DNA of 64,000 bases from an uncultured archaeon (GCA_964608675.1 CAZSOZ010000003.1:32001-96000), one strand, 5' to 3'. Positions 47,711-58,371 are shown, numbered from the stretch's first letter. Numbers and translations are program-made. Notes: generated from the sequence alone by a model not told the origin.

Positions 47711-48767
47711 TTTCTTTCACCTTTTTTTTCCATCCAAATTTTTTTGCTTCTTGCAGGCAATTTTTTGAAACCTTGTTTAATTCTGTTTCTTTTTTTTCAA
47801 AGATTTTTGTTAAAGAATTTTTTTCTTTAAAGTCAATCAAATAGCCGGTTTTATTGTTTTTAATGAGTTCTCTGAATGCCTGAATGTTGTTCACTACGGG
47901 AATTGTTCCTGAGGCCATTCCTTCTATTACTGCAATTCCAAATCCTTCGTATTCTGAAGCAGAAAGATTAAATCCTGCCTGCTTTACTTTTTTTATTAAT
48001 TTTTTTTCATTTATTTTTCCAGTAAAAAAAATTTTTTTTTCCAGTTTTTTTTCTTTTATTTTTTCTTTTAATTCTTTTGTTATTCTATGAAAATCTTCTC
48101 CTATTATTTCAAGGCTTTTTTTTGGAAACTGTTTGTTTGCTTCTGCAAATCTTTTAATCAGTAAATCTATTCTTTTGTTTTTTGAAATTCTTCCGACAAA
48201 AACGGTTTTGTTGAAATCTTTTTTTCCTTTGAATTCAAATTTTTTTGTGTTAACTGCATTCTGGACAAAAACAACTTTATCTGAAACTTTTTTAAATTGT
48301 TCAAAATCGTTTCTGCTGTCTGCAATAATTTTGTCTGCTTTTTTTAAATGATGTTTAAGCCAGTAATCATTATATAATTTTTTCAGCAGACTTTTTTTGT
48401 TTGTATGAAAGATTCCTCCGTGAGTGGAAATTAAAACTGGTTTTTTGTGTTCATTTTTTTTTGCTAAAATGAAATCAGAGAAAAACCCTATTCCATGGAC
48501 ATGTACTAAATCAAAGTTTTTTATGAATTCAATTACTTTTGGCGCAATTTTGTATATCCTTAAATCCCAGAATGGAATCCTGTTCACTTTGATTCCTTTG
48601 ATTGTTTCTTTTTCTTTTAATTTTTTTTTTCCTTTACTGCATTTATTTAAGCAAACTAATTCTGTTTGAATTCCTGTTTTTTTTAATTCAAGGCATAAAT
48701 CCAGTGTATATTTTTCTGTTCCTCCTGTGCACGGCCAAAAATGGTGCGAAACATGCAGTACTTTCAT
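47676..48767 (-). CDS. GT4 glycosyltransferase
   Basis: GGTE, THGGIFHT, YEGFGIAVIEGMASG. Confidence 0.92.
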   Translation of the reverse strand: MKVLHVSHHFWPCTGGTEKYTLDLCLELKKTGIQTELVCLNKCSKGKKKLKEKETIKGIKVNRIPFWDLRIYKIAPKVIEFIKNFDLVHVHGIGFFSDFILAKKNEHKKPVLISTHGGIFHTNKKSLLKKLYNDYWLKHHLKKADKIIADSRNDFEQFKKVSDKVVFVQNAVNTKKFEFKGKKDFNKTVFVGRISKNKRIDLLIKRFAEANKQFPKKSLEIIGEDFHRITKELKEKIKEKKLEKKIFFTGKINEKKLIKKVKQAGFNLSASEYEGFGIAVIEGMASGTIPVVNNIQAFRELIKNNKTGYLIDFKEKNSLTKIFEKKETELNKVSKNCLQEAKKFGWKKKVKEIEKIYKNCINK

Positions 48768-49792
48768 TTTTTCACCTTAATGCTTGTTCCGATTATTCCT
48801 GAAATCAATCCTGTACAGAAAGCAAGAGTTCTGAAGAAAATGAAAGCAGGAGAAATAATTCCGTGAATTAAATTTTTTTTAGCTGACTTTATTGCAAAAG
48901 GAGTCATTGAAACTAAAAACATTAGAACACTTATCAAAATCATTAAAGTTAATGCAGAATTAATTGAATTGCTGATTATTTGATTGAATTGAAGAATTGA
49001 ATTAAAAGCCAGTAAACTTATTTCTGTTATTAATGCATATATTAAAAGTATCTGGAATTTAATTGTTTGTGGGGTATAAGAATCTTTTATTATTTTATCT
49101 TTGTGTTCTTTGTACATTAAAATTCTCCAATAACCTCTCCAAAATTTTATTTTCAGGTAATTTAAAAAATTTTCAGGATGTAAATGATAAACTACTGCTT
49201 TTGGATTAAAAACCAGTTTTAATCCTTTTTTTTCCATTCTGTAGCTTAGTTCAGGGTCTTCTCCTGAAGCACTCGGAAAATTTTCGTTGAATCCATTAAA
49301 ATCAAGAAAAACTTTTTTTTTGTATCCTGCAGAATAGCTTCCAATAAAATCAATTGAATTTTTTTTTTGCATTGATTTTTTCATTAAATCATATCTATCT
49401 TCTATTTCTGTCTGCACGAATTTTGCTGTAAGCGCTTTTTGTTTTGTTTTGTAGGCTCCCTGCACTCCTGCAATTTCAGGTTCTTCAAACGGGTTAAGCA
49501 TTTCTTCAATCCAGTTTTTTTTTGCAATACAATCAGAGTCAGTAAATAAAATTATTTCTCCTTCAGCATTTTTTGCCCCCAAATTTCTTGCTTTCGCAGG
49601 ACCTGAATTTTTTTTTTGTTGAATTAATTTTATTTTATTGAATTTTTTTATTTTTTTGATTGTGTTGTCTGTTGAACAGTCGTCAACTATAATTAATTCA
49701 AATTTTTTTTTAGTTTTTTGAGTTAAAATTGATTGAATTGTTTGTTGAATTGTTTTTTCGCAGTTGAATGCAGGGATAATTACTGAAATCAT
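48764..49792 (-). CDS. GT2 glycosyltransferase with C-terminal TM helices
   Basis: DDCSTD, GPAKARN, TDSDC, GED. Confidence 0.92.
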   Translation of the reverse strand: MISVIIPAFNCEKTIQQTIQSILTQKTKKKFELIIVDDCSTDNTIKKIKKFNKIKLIQQKKNSGPAKARNLGAKNAEGEIILFTDSDCIAKKNWIEEMLNPFEEPEIAGVQGAYKTKQKALTAKFVQTEIEDRYDLMKKSMQKKNSIDFIGSYSAGYKKKVFLDFNGFNENFPSASGEDPELSYRMEKKGLKLVFNPKAVVYHLHPENFLNYLKIKFWRGYWRILMYKEHKDKIIKDSYTPQTIKFQILLIYALITEISLLAFNSILQFNQIISNSINSALTLMILISVLMFLVSMTPFAIKSAKKNLIHGIISPAFIFFRTLAFCTGLISGIIGTSIKVKK

Positions 49793-51282
49793 TTTTTCAC
49801 TTTTGTGTTTCCTGAAAAAACAGATTTTCCAAGGTGTTTAATTAATTCTTTTCCGCCTTTAAAAATTCGTATTCCTTCTTTTGGATTTTTTGCAATTTGT
49901 TTCAGCATTTTCAGCCAGTATTTTGGGTTTTTCGCATAAAATTCTATTCTTGCTTTATTGCACCATTTAACTAGTTCTTCTGCGCTTAATTCAGGCCTTG
50001 AAACAACAGTATTATGCAGTCCTTCTTCTGTAATCCATTTAGAAAAATCTTCTGTTGAAATAAAACCTTGTTTTTTTGCCCATGAATATGCATGTGTTCC
50101 TGGATAAACCATTAAAGGATAAAATTGAGCAGTGTTTGGATTAAGGTATTTTGCAAATTCAATTGTTGCTTTCATGGTTTCAGGAGTATCATGAGGCAAA
50201 CCTAAAATAAAGCATCCGTTTACAAGAATTCCTGCTTTGTCTGCTCTGTCTTTGAATTCAACCTGCATGCTTTTTGTTTGGCCTTTCAGAATGCTGTTTA
50301 AGACTTTTTGGTTTGGGGTTTCAAATCCCACGCACACTAATCTGCAACCTGCTTCCTTCATTTTTTTGAGAGTTTCAAAATCAGTGTTAACTCTTGCATT
50401 AGTGCTCCAAACTAAATTTATTTTGTTTTTAATTATTGCGTTGCATAACTGAATTGTTCTTTGCTTGTCTGCTGCAAAAGTGTCGTCTTCAAACATTAAT
50501 TCATTCAAAAAAGGCATGTTTTTCTGGATAAACTTCAGTTCTTCAATTACATTTTCAATACTTCTTGCCCTGTAAGATTTTTTCATTGGAATATTGCAGA
50601 AACTGCATGAATTAGGGCATCCTCTTGCTGTAAGAATTTGAATTTCAGGCCAGTTAATTGAAGCATAAAAGTATTCTTTAATCAGTTTTTCTCCGAAATG
50701 CCTTAAATAAATTTCAGAAACAAAAGGAAGATCATCTAAATTTTCAACAAGCTTCCCTTGTCCATTATGTATAAATTTTCCTTTTTTTTTGAATGCAATT
50801 CCTTGAATTCTTTCAATGCTTTTTTTTTCATTTAATGCTTCTGCAAGAAAAACAACTGTATTATCAAATTCTCCAATACAGATTGAATCAATTGCGTTGC
50901 TTTGATTTAATGTCCATTCAGGAAGATTGCTTACATGTGTGTTTACCATTGTTATATGGCTGTCCGGAAGCACTTCTTTTATTTTTTCTGCAATTTTTAT
51001 GTCATTAAAAATGCTTGGAGTGCTTGTATCAATTACAATTAAATCAAATTTTTCTTTTTTTGCGTAATCAACTGTTTCTTTTTTAGTCCATTTTCTTGCA
51101 ACTGCGTCAATTAATTTTGGGGCAAACCCTTTTTTTTCAAGTGCTCCTGTTGCGTAAGCCAGATAATATGGATAATATAGTGTTCTGCTTTTTGTTACAC
51201 ACGGCGACCTGCTTTGCCTTGAATAATATTTTTTGAACGGCGGATTCAACATTAAAATTTTAAATTCAGATTTTTTTTTCAT
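49789..51282 (-). CDS. Cobalamin-binding radical SAM enzyme (HpnJ-like)
   Basis: N-terminal B12-binding-type domain (LNPP...YP..LAY, TSTPS, GEFD), RGCPNSCSFC motif, FEDDTF, YPGT. Confidence 0.88.
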   Translation of the reverse strand: MKKKSEFKILMLNPPFKKYYSRQSRSPCVTKSRTLYYPYYLAYATGALEKKGFAPKLIDAVARKWTKKETVDYAKKEKFDLIVIDTSTPSIFNDIKIAEKIKEVLPDSHITMVNTHVSNLPEWTLNQSNAIDSICIGEFDNTVVFLAEALNEKKSIERIQGIAFKKKGKFIHNGQGKLVENLDDLPFVSEIYLRHFGEKLIKEYFYASINWPEIQILTARGCPNSCSFCNIPMKKSYRARSIENVIEELKFIQKNMPFLNELMFEDDTFAADKQRTIQLCNAIIKNKINLVWSTNARVNTDFETLKKMKEAGCRLVCVGFETPNQKVLNSILKGQTKSMQVEFKDRADKAGILVNGCFILGLPHDTPETMKATIEFAKYLNPNTAQFYPLMVYPGTHAYSWAKKQGFISTEDFSKWITEEGLHNTVVSRPELSAEELVKWCNKARIEFYAKNPKYWLKMLKQIAKNPKEGIRIFKGGKELIKHLGKSVFSGNTKVKK

Positions 51283-51293
51283 TTTTTTTCACC

Positions 51294-52172
51294 TTAAATT
51301 AATAGCCTGCCAAATTTAATGCTTGCATATAATCTCATTAATTTAACTGCAAGCACATAACTTATTCCTCCTAAAAAAATAATTATTGAATGAATTAAAC
51401 TTTTGTTTTCCATAAAAATAATTCCTCTTGGAGAACTTAAATTCATTTTTCCTTTTTTATGCCATAAGCCTGTCGCTGCCTTAAAATCATTTAATGGGTT
51501 GACAATAAAACCGAATTTGATGTCTAAAAACTTTTTTGTTCTTTCAGGATTCTTTTTATACAATAAAACATCATTTTTGTGGTTTTTAATTCTCTTCCAT
51601 GAATGCCTTAAAAATTCAATGAAATTTTTTGGTTTTTCCATTTTGTGGTCATGAAAATATTTTGCGTTAACCTGCTTTACTTCAAATCCTTCATCTAAAA
51701 TTCTGAAAACTAAATCAGTGTCTTCTCTGTAATAAAAGTAGTCTTCGTCATATAATCCTGTTTTTTTTAATGCTTTTTTACTGAAGCCAGTGGATGTGCC
51801 TCCATGCAAGGAATACCCTGAAACCATTCCAGTTTTCTCTGAATTAAATCCTTGCATCATGTCTTTCAGCCAGTTTTTTTCCGGAATGCAGTCGTCATCC
51901 ATTATTATAATGTAATCGTTTTTTGCTTTTTTTATTCCCTGATTTCTTGCTTTGCATGGTCCTTTTTCTTTTTCATTGTTAATTATTATTACTTTTTTTT
52001 GATTTTCAAATTTTTCGAGAACTTTTTTTGTTTTGTCTCTGCTTCCATCATTTACTACAATTATTTCGTATGCGTTTTCAGGATAATTTAATTCAAGCAT
52101 TCCTTGAATTGTTTTTCCAATTACTTCCTGCCTGTTAAAAGTCAGAATCACTATGCTGGCTTTTTTTACCAT
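51294..52172 (-). CDS. GT2 glycosyltransferase
   Basis: NDGSRD, ARNQG, MDDDC, REDTD. Confidence 0.9.
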   Translation of the reverse strand: MVKKASIVILTFNRQEVIGKTIQGMLELNYPENAYEIIVVNDGSRDKTKKVLEKFENQKKVIIINNEKEKGPCKARNQGIKKAKNDYIIIMDDDCIPEKNWLKDMMQGFNSEKTGMVSGYSLHGGTSTGFSKKALKKTGLYDEDYFYYREDTDLVFRILDEGFEVKQVNAKYFHDHKMEKPKNFIEFLRHSWKRIKNHKNDVLLYKKNPERTKKFLDIKFGFIVNPLNDFKAATGLWHKKGKMNLSSPRGIIFMENKSLIHSIIIFLGGISYVLAVKLMRLYASIKFGRLLI

Positions 52173-53554
52173 TCAATCCCGCCTTTTGTCCAGAAATCTT
52201 TTTTGCTTAATTCCAGTCTTTCATGTTCAAATAATTCAAATAATTCTTCTTTTTCTGTTATTTTTTTTGTTATTGAAACCATTTTTTTTGAAACATTTCT
52301 TCCATATAATTTTTTTCTTTCCTTCATTTTTTTGTTTAAGTTCTTGTTTTCCATTACTTCTCTGATTATCTTCAATGCAATTTCTTTTTTGATTGGCGGG
52401 GCAATTAAATTGCTTCCTTCAAATACTGCTTCTGGTCTGTCAGAATTAAATCTTAAAACTATTCCTGGAATTCCTAATGAATTTGTTTCTTCCTGAATTG
52501 AACCTGAATCTGTTGCAACTGCAGTGCATTTTTGCATTGCTGCAATTACATCAGTGTATTGAGGCCATACACTGGAATAAATAAAATTTTTGTATTTTTT
52601 TGTGAGTTTTTCAGTTTTGTTTTTTAATCCGTATTCTTGTAATGCTTTTTCTGTTGCTCCCAAAGAAATAAATAAAACATTTTTTTCTTCTTTGATTAAT
52701 TCAATCATTGAATCATACAAAACTTTAAACCTGTGTTTTGATGAAATATTTTCTCTTCTATGAATGCAGAACCTGACTAAATTGCCTTCTTCCAATACAG
52801 GGTATTTTTCAAAAATTGAACTTTCTTTTATTCTTTTTTCTGCAAATTCCAGTGCATCAACAACCGGATTTCCTACAGTAAAAATCCTGTTTTTTTCGTA
52901 TCCTTCGTTTTCGAGGTGTTCAGCATTTAATTCGGTTGGAGCAAAATGGATTCCTGCACTTGGAGCGCTTCCCCGGGTATCAAATTGTTCAGGATAAGGT
53001 TCATAGGAACCTTTAGTCCAGCCTTCAGGGTTCATCGCTTTTTCATAGTATTTTTCTGTTTCAAATTCATTCATTAAATAATCAAATATTTTTTTGGATG
53101 GAGTCATTGTCCTTAATCCTGCTTCAACATGTGCTACTCCGTTTTTTAATGCAAAGCATGCAATTCCTCCTGCTAAAGCAGTTGTTGTGTCTCCGTAAGT
53201 GTATGGAATAACTTTTTTTCCTATTTTTTCCAAGACTATTCCTAAACGGTTTATTATCTGGCTTTGCTGTTCAAACAATTTTCCTTTTACATTTAAATTA
53301 ATATCAGGATTAATTCCAAATTCTTGTTCCATTCCTTTTGATAAATTCCATGAATGATGCTGTCCTGAATGAACAACCAAAACAAACTCGTTTTCTTTTT
53401 TTAATTCCAAAATTAATGGAGCTTGTTTGATTATATCAGGTTTTGTTGCTATTAACACTAAATGAACGGGATTTTTTTCGTTTTTTATTTCTTCAAAAAG
53501 CCTTTTTCTTACTGTTATTTCGCCTTTTTCTTCTAACAAAATTTTTTCATTCAT
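52166..53554 (-). CDS. wecB: UDP-GlcNAc 2-epimerase (non-hydrolysing)
   Basis: TKPDIIK, SGQH, GDTTT, HVEAGLRT, HRREN, DSGSIQEE, DRPEA. Confidence 0.9.
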   Translation of the reverse strand: MNEKILLEEKGEITVRKRLFEEIKNEKNPVHLVLIATKPDIIKQAPLILELKKENEFVLVVHSGQHHSWNLSKGMEQEFGINPDINLNVKGKLFEQQSQIINRLGIVLEKIGKKVIPYTYGDTTTALAGGIACFALKNGVAHVEAGLRTMTPSKKIFDYLMNEFETEKYYEKAMNPEGWTKGSYEPYPEQFDTRGSAPSAGIHFAPTELNAEHLENEGYEKNRIFTVGNPVVDALEFAEKRIKESSIFEKYPVLEEGNLVRFCIHRRENISSKHRFKVLYDSMIELIKEEKNVLFISLGATEKALQEYGLKNKTEKLTKKYKNFIYSSVWPQYTDVIAAMQKCTAVATDSGSIQEETNSLGIPGIVLRFNSDRPEAVFEGSNLIAPPIKKEIALKIIREVMENKNLNKKMKERKKLYGRNVSKKMVSITKKITEKEELFELFEHERLELSKKDFWTKGGIEW

Positions 53555-53626
53555 AAAAAACCATTTTTAAAAAATCAGTTAATATTTCTATTTTAAATTC
53601 TCTTTTTTAATATAATTGATTTTGCT

Positions 53627-53652
53627 TTAATAAAGGGTTTTTTGGTACAAAA
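53627..53652 (-). promoter_or_regulatory. TTTTGTACCAAAA motif plus TATA box upstream of the wecB operon
   Basis: Minus strand reads TTTTGTACCAAAAAACCCTTTATTAA. Confidence 0.65.
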
Positions 53653-53659
53653 GTCAGTT

Positions 53660-54685
53660 TTAAAAAAGATTTAATTTTTTTATTTCTTTTTGGTTTTCTT
53701 TAATCCAGTCAGCCACAATTTTAATTCCTTTTTTTGAATCAGTTTCCGGAACCCATCCAAAAACTTTTTTTGCTTTTGAAATATCTGAAACAAAAACTTT
53801 TTGGTCGCCTGGTCTTTCCTTACTAAAAGAATAATTGATTTTTTTTTCTAAGATTTCTTCTATTAAAGAAATCGCTTCAAGCAGAGAAACAGTGTTTTTT
53901 GGCCCTCCGCCTATATTGAATACTTTGCCTTTTGTTTTCTTTATTTTTTTTTCTGCAAGATAATATGCTTTGCTTAAATCTTCGACATACAATACGTCCC
54001 TTACTTGTTTTCCGTTTCCATAAACAGTTAATTTTTTGCCTAAAAGAACTGCAATAATAAACCATGCAATCCATCCTTGATCTTCTATTCCAAATTGTCT
54101 TTTGCCGTAAATACAGCTTTGCCTGAACACAACTGAATTCAAGCCGTAAATCCTTGAATAATCTCTTGTGTATTGGTCTGCTGAACCTTTACTGCATCCA
54201 TAAGGAGAAAAAAAATCCAGACAAGTTTCTTCATTTATTCCTTTAATGTTTTTGTATTCAAATCTTGTTTTTTTTTTTATTAAACGAATTTGTTCAAGTT
54301 TTCCGTATACTTTGTTTGTTGAAGAAAAAATTAATACAGGGTTGTTTTTATTTTTTCTGACTGCTTCCAGAACATTTAAAGTGCCTTTTGCATTAATTTC
54401 AAAATCTTTTTTTGGGTTTTTTATTGATTGAGTTACTGCTGTTTGACCAGCTAAATGATAAACTGCTTCTGCTTGGCTTAAATTTTTTTCCAATGCTTTA
54501 TTTCTGCTTATATCACATTTAATTATTTTAAGTTTTTTTGAATACTTTTTTTCCAGGTATTTTTTGTTTTCTTTTGTTCCTTTTCTTGAAAAATCATCAA
54601 GTATCAAAATTTCTTCGTTTTTTTTAAGAAAGTATTCAGCTAAATTTGTTCCAATAAATCCTGCTCCTCCTGTTATTACTTTCAT
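53660..54685 (-). CDS. CDP-tyvelose/paratose 2-epimerase-like SDR
   Basis: HLAGQTAVT, STNKVYG, SPYGCSKGSADQY, RQSCIYG.RQFG.EDQGW. Confidence 0.88.
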   Translation of the reverse strand: MKVITGGAGFIGTNLAEYFLKKNEEILILDDFSRKGTKENKKYLEKKYSKKLKIIKCDISRNKALEKNLSQAEAVYHLAGQTAVTQSIKNPKKDFEINAKGTLNVLEAVRKNKNNPVLIFSSTNKVYGKLEQIRLIKKKTRFEYKNIKGINEETCLDFFSPYGCSKGSADQYTRDYSRIYGLNSVVFRQSCIYGKRQFGIEDQGWIAWFIIAVLLGKKLTVYGNGKQVRDVLYVEDLSKAYYLAEKKIKKTKGKVFNIGGGPKNTVSLLEAISLIEEILEKKINYSFSKERPGDQKVFVSDISKAKKVFGWVPETDSKKGIKIVADWIKENQKEIKKLNLF

Positions 54686-54759
54686 TTTTAATCAAAAAAG
54701 ATTGTTTTTCCAACTCTTTTTAAATAAATTGTTTTCTTGATTATTTAAAGGTAATTAAA

Positions 54760-55674
54760 TTGGGCAGAATTTCTTTGTATGCATTTCATTTATTTTTGTT
54801 TTCTTTTGTTCTGCATTTTATTGGATTAATTAATCTTTATTTTAATCCTTTTGTTTTCAATGAATTTTTTTTTTATGGTTTGCTTCTTGATTTAATTTTT
54901 GTTTTTGCAGTTTTTTTTGATTTAGGGATTCCTATTCTATTTTTTACTGAAAATAATAAATTCAAGTTCAATCCAATAAATCTTCAAGTTTCTGTAGGAA
55001 TGACTGCATACAATGACGAAAAAGCAATTGGTCCTTCAGTAAAACAGTTCAAAGAATTAAAGGAAGTTGTTTCTGTTGTTGTTGTAGACAATAACTGCAT
55101 TGATAATACGGCTTTGGAGGCAAAAAAAGCAGGCGCTCAAGTGGTAAAGGAACCAGTTCAGGGTTATGGTTCTGCCTGCATGCGTGCATTAAAGGAAGCA
55201 AGAAAAACAGGAAACTTAATTTGTTTAGTTGAAGGCGACATGACTTTTTCTGCTTCAGATTTAAAGAAATTAACTGCTTATATTGAAAACGCAGACATGG
55301 TTTTAGGTACAAGAACTACAGCAGAAATAATTGATTCTGATTCTCAAGTCACTTGGTTCATGCGTTATGGAAACTTGTTTATAGCAAAACTTCTTCAACT
55401 GCGTTTTTGGGCAAAAGTAAGATTAACTGATGTAGGTTGCACATATAGAATAATCAGACCTGAAGCTTTAAATAAAATAATTGACAAGCTTTACGTTAAA
55501 GGTCATTATTTTTCTCCTCATATGATTTTAATTGCATTAGAAAACGATTTGAAGGTAATTGAGGTTCCTGTTACCTTGAAGAAAAGAGTAGGGGAAAGCA
55601 AGGGAGTTGGAGATGACACCGTAAAGGGTCTGATTACAGGATTTAAAATGTGGTGGATGATTTTAACTCAGTAA
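54760..55674 (+). CDS. GT2 (polyprenol-phosphate glycosyltransferase-like) with N-terminal TM helices
   Basis: AYNDE, VDNN, QGYG, EGDMT, LTDVGCTYR, RVGESK. Confidence 0.85.
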   Translation: MGRISLYAFHLFLFSFVLHFIGLINLYFNPFVFNEFFFYGLLLDLIFVFAVFFDLGIPILFFTENNKFKFNPINLQVSVGMTAYNDEKAIGPSVKQFKELKEVVSVVVVDNNCIDNTALEAKKAGAQVVKEPVQGYGSACMRALKEARKTGNLICLVEGDMTFSASDLKKLTAYIENADMVLGTRTTAEIIDSDSQVTWFMRYGNLFIAKLLQLRFWAKVRLTDVGCTYRIIRPEALNKIIDKLYVKGHYFSPHMILIALENDLKVIEVPVTLKKRVGESKGVGDDTVKGLITGFKMWWMILTQ

Positions 55675-57379
55675 TTTTTTTTAATATAATCAAAAAAACA
55701 ATAATTGAAATAATGCTTATTGTGATTCCAATCCAGTCAATCAAGGTTTTTTCGTATTTTAATTCAATTAATCCTTTTTTTGTGTTCAGTATTTTTATTC
55801 CGGGTTTGTTGTCTTCTAATTCAAGTTTTTTTTCTTTTTGGTATGCATTCCATCTAGGAAAAAAACTTTGTTTTAATAAAACATTTCCTCCAAATGATTC
55901 AATTAAAATTTTTTCATTTGAAAATTTAATTATTTTTCCATTTTCAATCAAAGAAGAAAATTCTTCGTAAACATAAAGTTTTGGAAAAGTTTTTTTTCCT
56001 GCAGTTTGGGTTAACCCGCATTTTTTTATGTATTCTTCTGCATTTTCATCTAATATGATCCAGTAATTAACTGCAGTTTTTTGGATTCCTTCAATGAATT
56101 CATTGCATTCAAGTTCCATTGAAATCATTTTTTCTCCTGTTTTATGGCTTTCTTTTAAAGTATAAGCATTATACCCCCATCCGTTTAATGAAAGTTTTTT
56201 TTGTTTGACTGCAATAAAAGAATGAATCACAGGATTGTATGGAAGCAATTCATACCTTGAATTATTAGGAATTTTCTCAGCCAGTCCGCTGATTTCATTT
56301 ATTTTGTATTCTTTCAGCCTTGGTTCTTCAAATAAATACTGTCTTTCCACAACAGGAAAAAATAAAATTACTGCAGACAAAAAAATTGCGGTTAATGCAA
56401 TTAAATGATTTTTTTTAATTAAATTTTCTTTTATCATTGCAAGAAAAGCAAGCAAAATTACAAAAATAAAAAAAGCATGATATGAATGTGCAAAAGGTTT
56501 TTCTATTATGGGAACCAAAGGAAAAACCAGTGAAATAACTGAAAGCAGAAAACTTCCTGTTAAAAGCCTGTTAATTTTTGAATATTTTTGCTTTAATTTT
56601 CTAAACAAAAACAAAGATACAACTAATGCAATTGCAAGAAAAATCCCTGATGCAAGAATTCCAGTTGAATTTAAAAGCATGCCTTTTTGTTCTTGAACAA
56701 CACTTAAATTTAAAAAAGAAAAAAATGGAATTAACCAAAAAGAAACAATTCCTGCACTAATCAATCCAGTCAATAAAAGTTTTTTTAATTCGTTTTTTGA
56801 TTCAATTAAAAAAACAAAACTTAATCCAACAAAAATTAATGCACCTAAATGAGACAAAGCAGTAAGGCAGACAAACAATATACTTAAAAAAAAGTATTTT
56901 TTTGAAAATTTTTTTTCTTTTAAAAAACTGTAAAATGAAGCAAAAGCCATAACAAAAAAGAGCCATGCAGTGAATTCATAAAATCTGTTAAAAAACTTGA
57001 ATAAAATTGGATTAAAAACAAAAAGTATTCCTGAAAGAAAAGAAAATCTTTTGCTGAACCCAAATTGTTTTCCTAAAAAAATAAAAGCAAAAGGAAAAAC
57101 CAGCCTTATAATTAGAATAGAAACAGTTAAAGGAAGAGTAAAGCTTCCAATTCCAAGGAATTTAATAAGGAGGGGAAGCAGTCCAGGCAGAATTAAATCG
57201 TATGTTCCTACAGGAATCCCCAAATGCTGTTCTTGAAGCCAGTTTTCAGAAAAAGAATTATATCTTAATGCATAGCCCGCATAATCAAAGCCTAAATCAT
57301 CAAAAAAAAATTGAGTGGAAACAACAATCATTAAAACATACAATAAAATAATTCCTGCATCAAAAATTTTTTTTTGCAT
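55643..57379 (-). CDS. Polytopic membrane protein, GT-C/YfhO-like
   Basis: About 11 TM segments with an acidic first loop (DDLGFD). YfhO-like C-terminus (QSFFPRWNAY...IELKYEKT..DWIG). Confidence 0.65.
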   Translation of the reverse strand: MQKKIFDAGIILLYVLMIVVSTQFFFDDLGFDYAGYALRYNSFSENWLQEQHLGIPVGTYDLILPGLLPLLIKFLGIGSFTLPLTVSILIIRLVFPFAFIFLGKQFGFSKRFSFLSGILFVFNPILFKFFNRFYEFTAWLFFVMAFASFYSFLKEKKFSKKYFFLSILFVCLTALSHLGALIFVGLSFVFLIESKNELKKLLLTGLISAGIVSFWLIPFFSFLNLSVVQEQKGMLLNSTGILASGIFLAIALVVSLFLFRKLKQKYSKINRLLTGSFLLSVISLVFPLVPIIEKPFAHSYHAFFIFVILLAFLAMIKENLIKKNHLIALTAIFLSAVILFFPVVERQYLFEEPRLKEYKINEISGLAEKIPNNSRYELLPYNPVIHSFIAVKQKKLSLNGWGYNAYTLKESHKTGEKMISMELECNEFIEGIQKTAVNYWIILDENAEEYIKKCGLTQTAGKKTFPKLYVYEEFSSLIENGKIIKFSNEKILIESFGGNVLLKQSFFPRWNAYQKEKKLELEDNKPGIKILNTKKGLIELKYEKTLIDWIGITISIISIIVFLIILKKITELKSSTTF

Positions 57380-58365
57380 TATTTTCCTCTGATTTTGTTT
57401 TTAATTTCAATAAAATTTATTTTTGAAATATTTTTAAATGAAATATTAAGTTTTTTAACTGAAATAATTCCAAAAACAATAATAACTATAGTTTGAATTA
57501 AATGAATTATTACTGCAAGAGAAACAGCTGAATTCTGATTTAATCCAAACGCCATAAAAAAAATAATGAATCCTGCTTCAAATGTTCCCAGATAGCTCGG
57601 CGCACTAGGAATCATTACTGCAAAACCTGTAATTACAATTAACAAAAAAACCTGAAATAAACTCAATGGAATTCCTATTGCTGAAGCAGAAAAATAAAAA
57701 ACCATGCTTTCAGTAAGCCAGACTAAAGATGAATAAAAAATTATTAAAATAAAATTTTTTTCTGCGCGGAAAATTTTTCCTGCTTCTTTCATTTCATAAA
57801 AAACATATTTTATTTTGTCTTTAAGAGAAGGAAAAATTTTGGCTGTAATTCTTCCAAGAAACCTGAATTTATCGGGCTTAAAAAAGAAAAAGAATGCAAG
57901 CAAAAAAAGCAGCGCAGGCACTATTATGATTGACTTGAATTCTTTGGGAATTTCAATAAAAAATAATGAGACTGCAAAGAAACCAAATAAAGTCAGTCCG
58001 TCAATTATTCTGTCAACCATTACTGTAGAAAAACTTTTTATTTTTCCAATGCTTTTTTTCTTTGATAAAATGTATGCTCTTGCAATTTCTCCTGCTCTTG
58101 CAGGAAGCAATGCATTAACAAAAAATCCAGTGTTTGTAATAAAAAAAGATTCTTTAAATGAAATTTTAGTTAAAGGCCGGACAACATATTTCCATCTTAA
58201 TCCTCTGAATACAAAAACAAGAGAGTATAATAAAATTAAAAACAAAAAATTTTGCAGCCCGATTTTACTTATTTCTTTTAAAACCTGATTTAAATCTATA
58301 ACTGAAAAAATTAATGCAATTAAAATCAGGCTAAACAGATAAGAAAAAATTATTTCTTTTTTCAT
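57379..58365 (-). CDS. LPG-synthase-TM / UPF0104 (AglD-associated flippase-like) membrane protein
   Basis: RGLRW, LPARAGEIAR, DRIID, PSAPSYLGTFE. Confidence 0.9.
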   Translation of the reverse strand: MKKEIIFSYLFSLILIALIFSVIDLNQVLKEISKIGLQNFLFLILLYSLVFVFRGLRWKYVVRPLTKISFKESFFITNTGFFVNALLPARAGEIARAYILSKKKSIGKIKSFSTVMVDRIIDGLTLFGFFAVSLFFIEIPKEFKSIIIVPALLFLLAFFFFFKPDKFRFLGRITAKIFPSLKDKIKYVFYEMKEAGKIFRAEKNFILIIFYSSLVWLTESMVFYFSASAIGIPLSLFQVFLLIVITGFAVMIPSAPSYLGTFEAGFIIFFMAFGLNQNSAVSLAVIIHLIQTIVIIVFGIISVKKLNISFKNISKINFIEIKNKIRGK

Positions 58366-58371
58366 TTTTTT

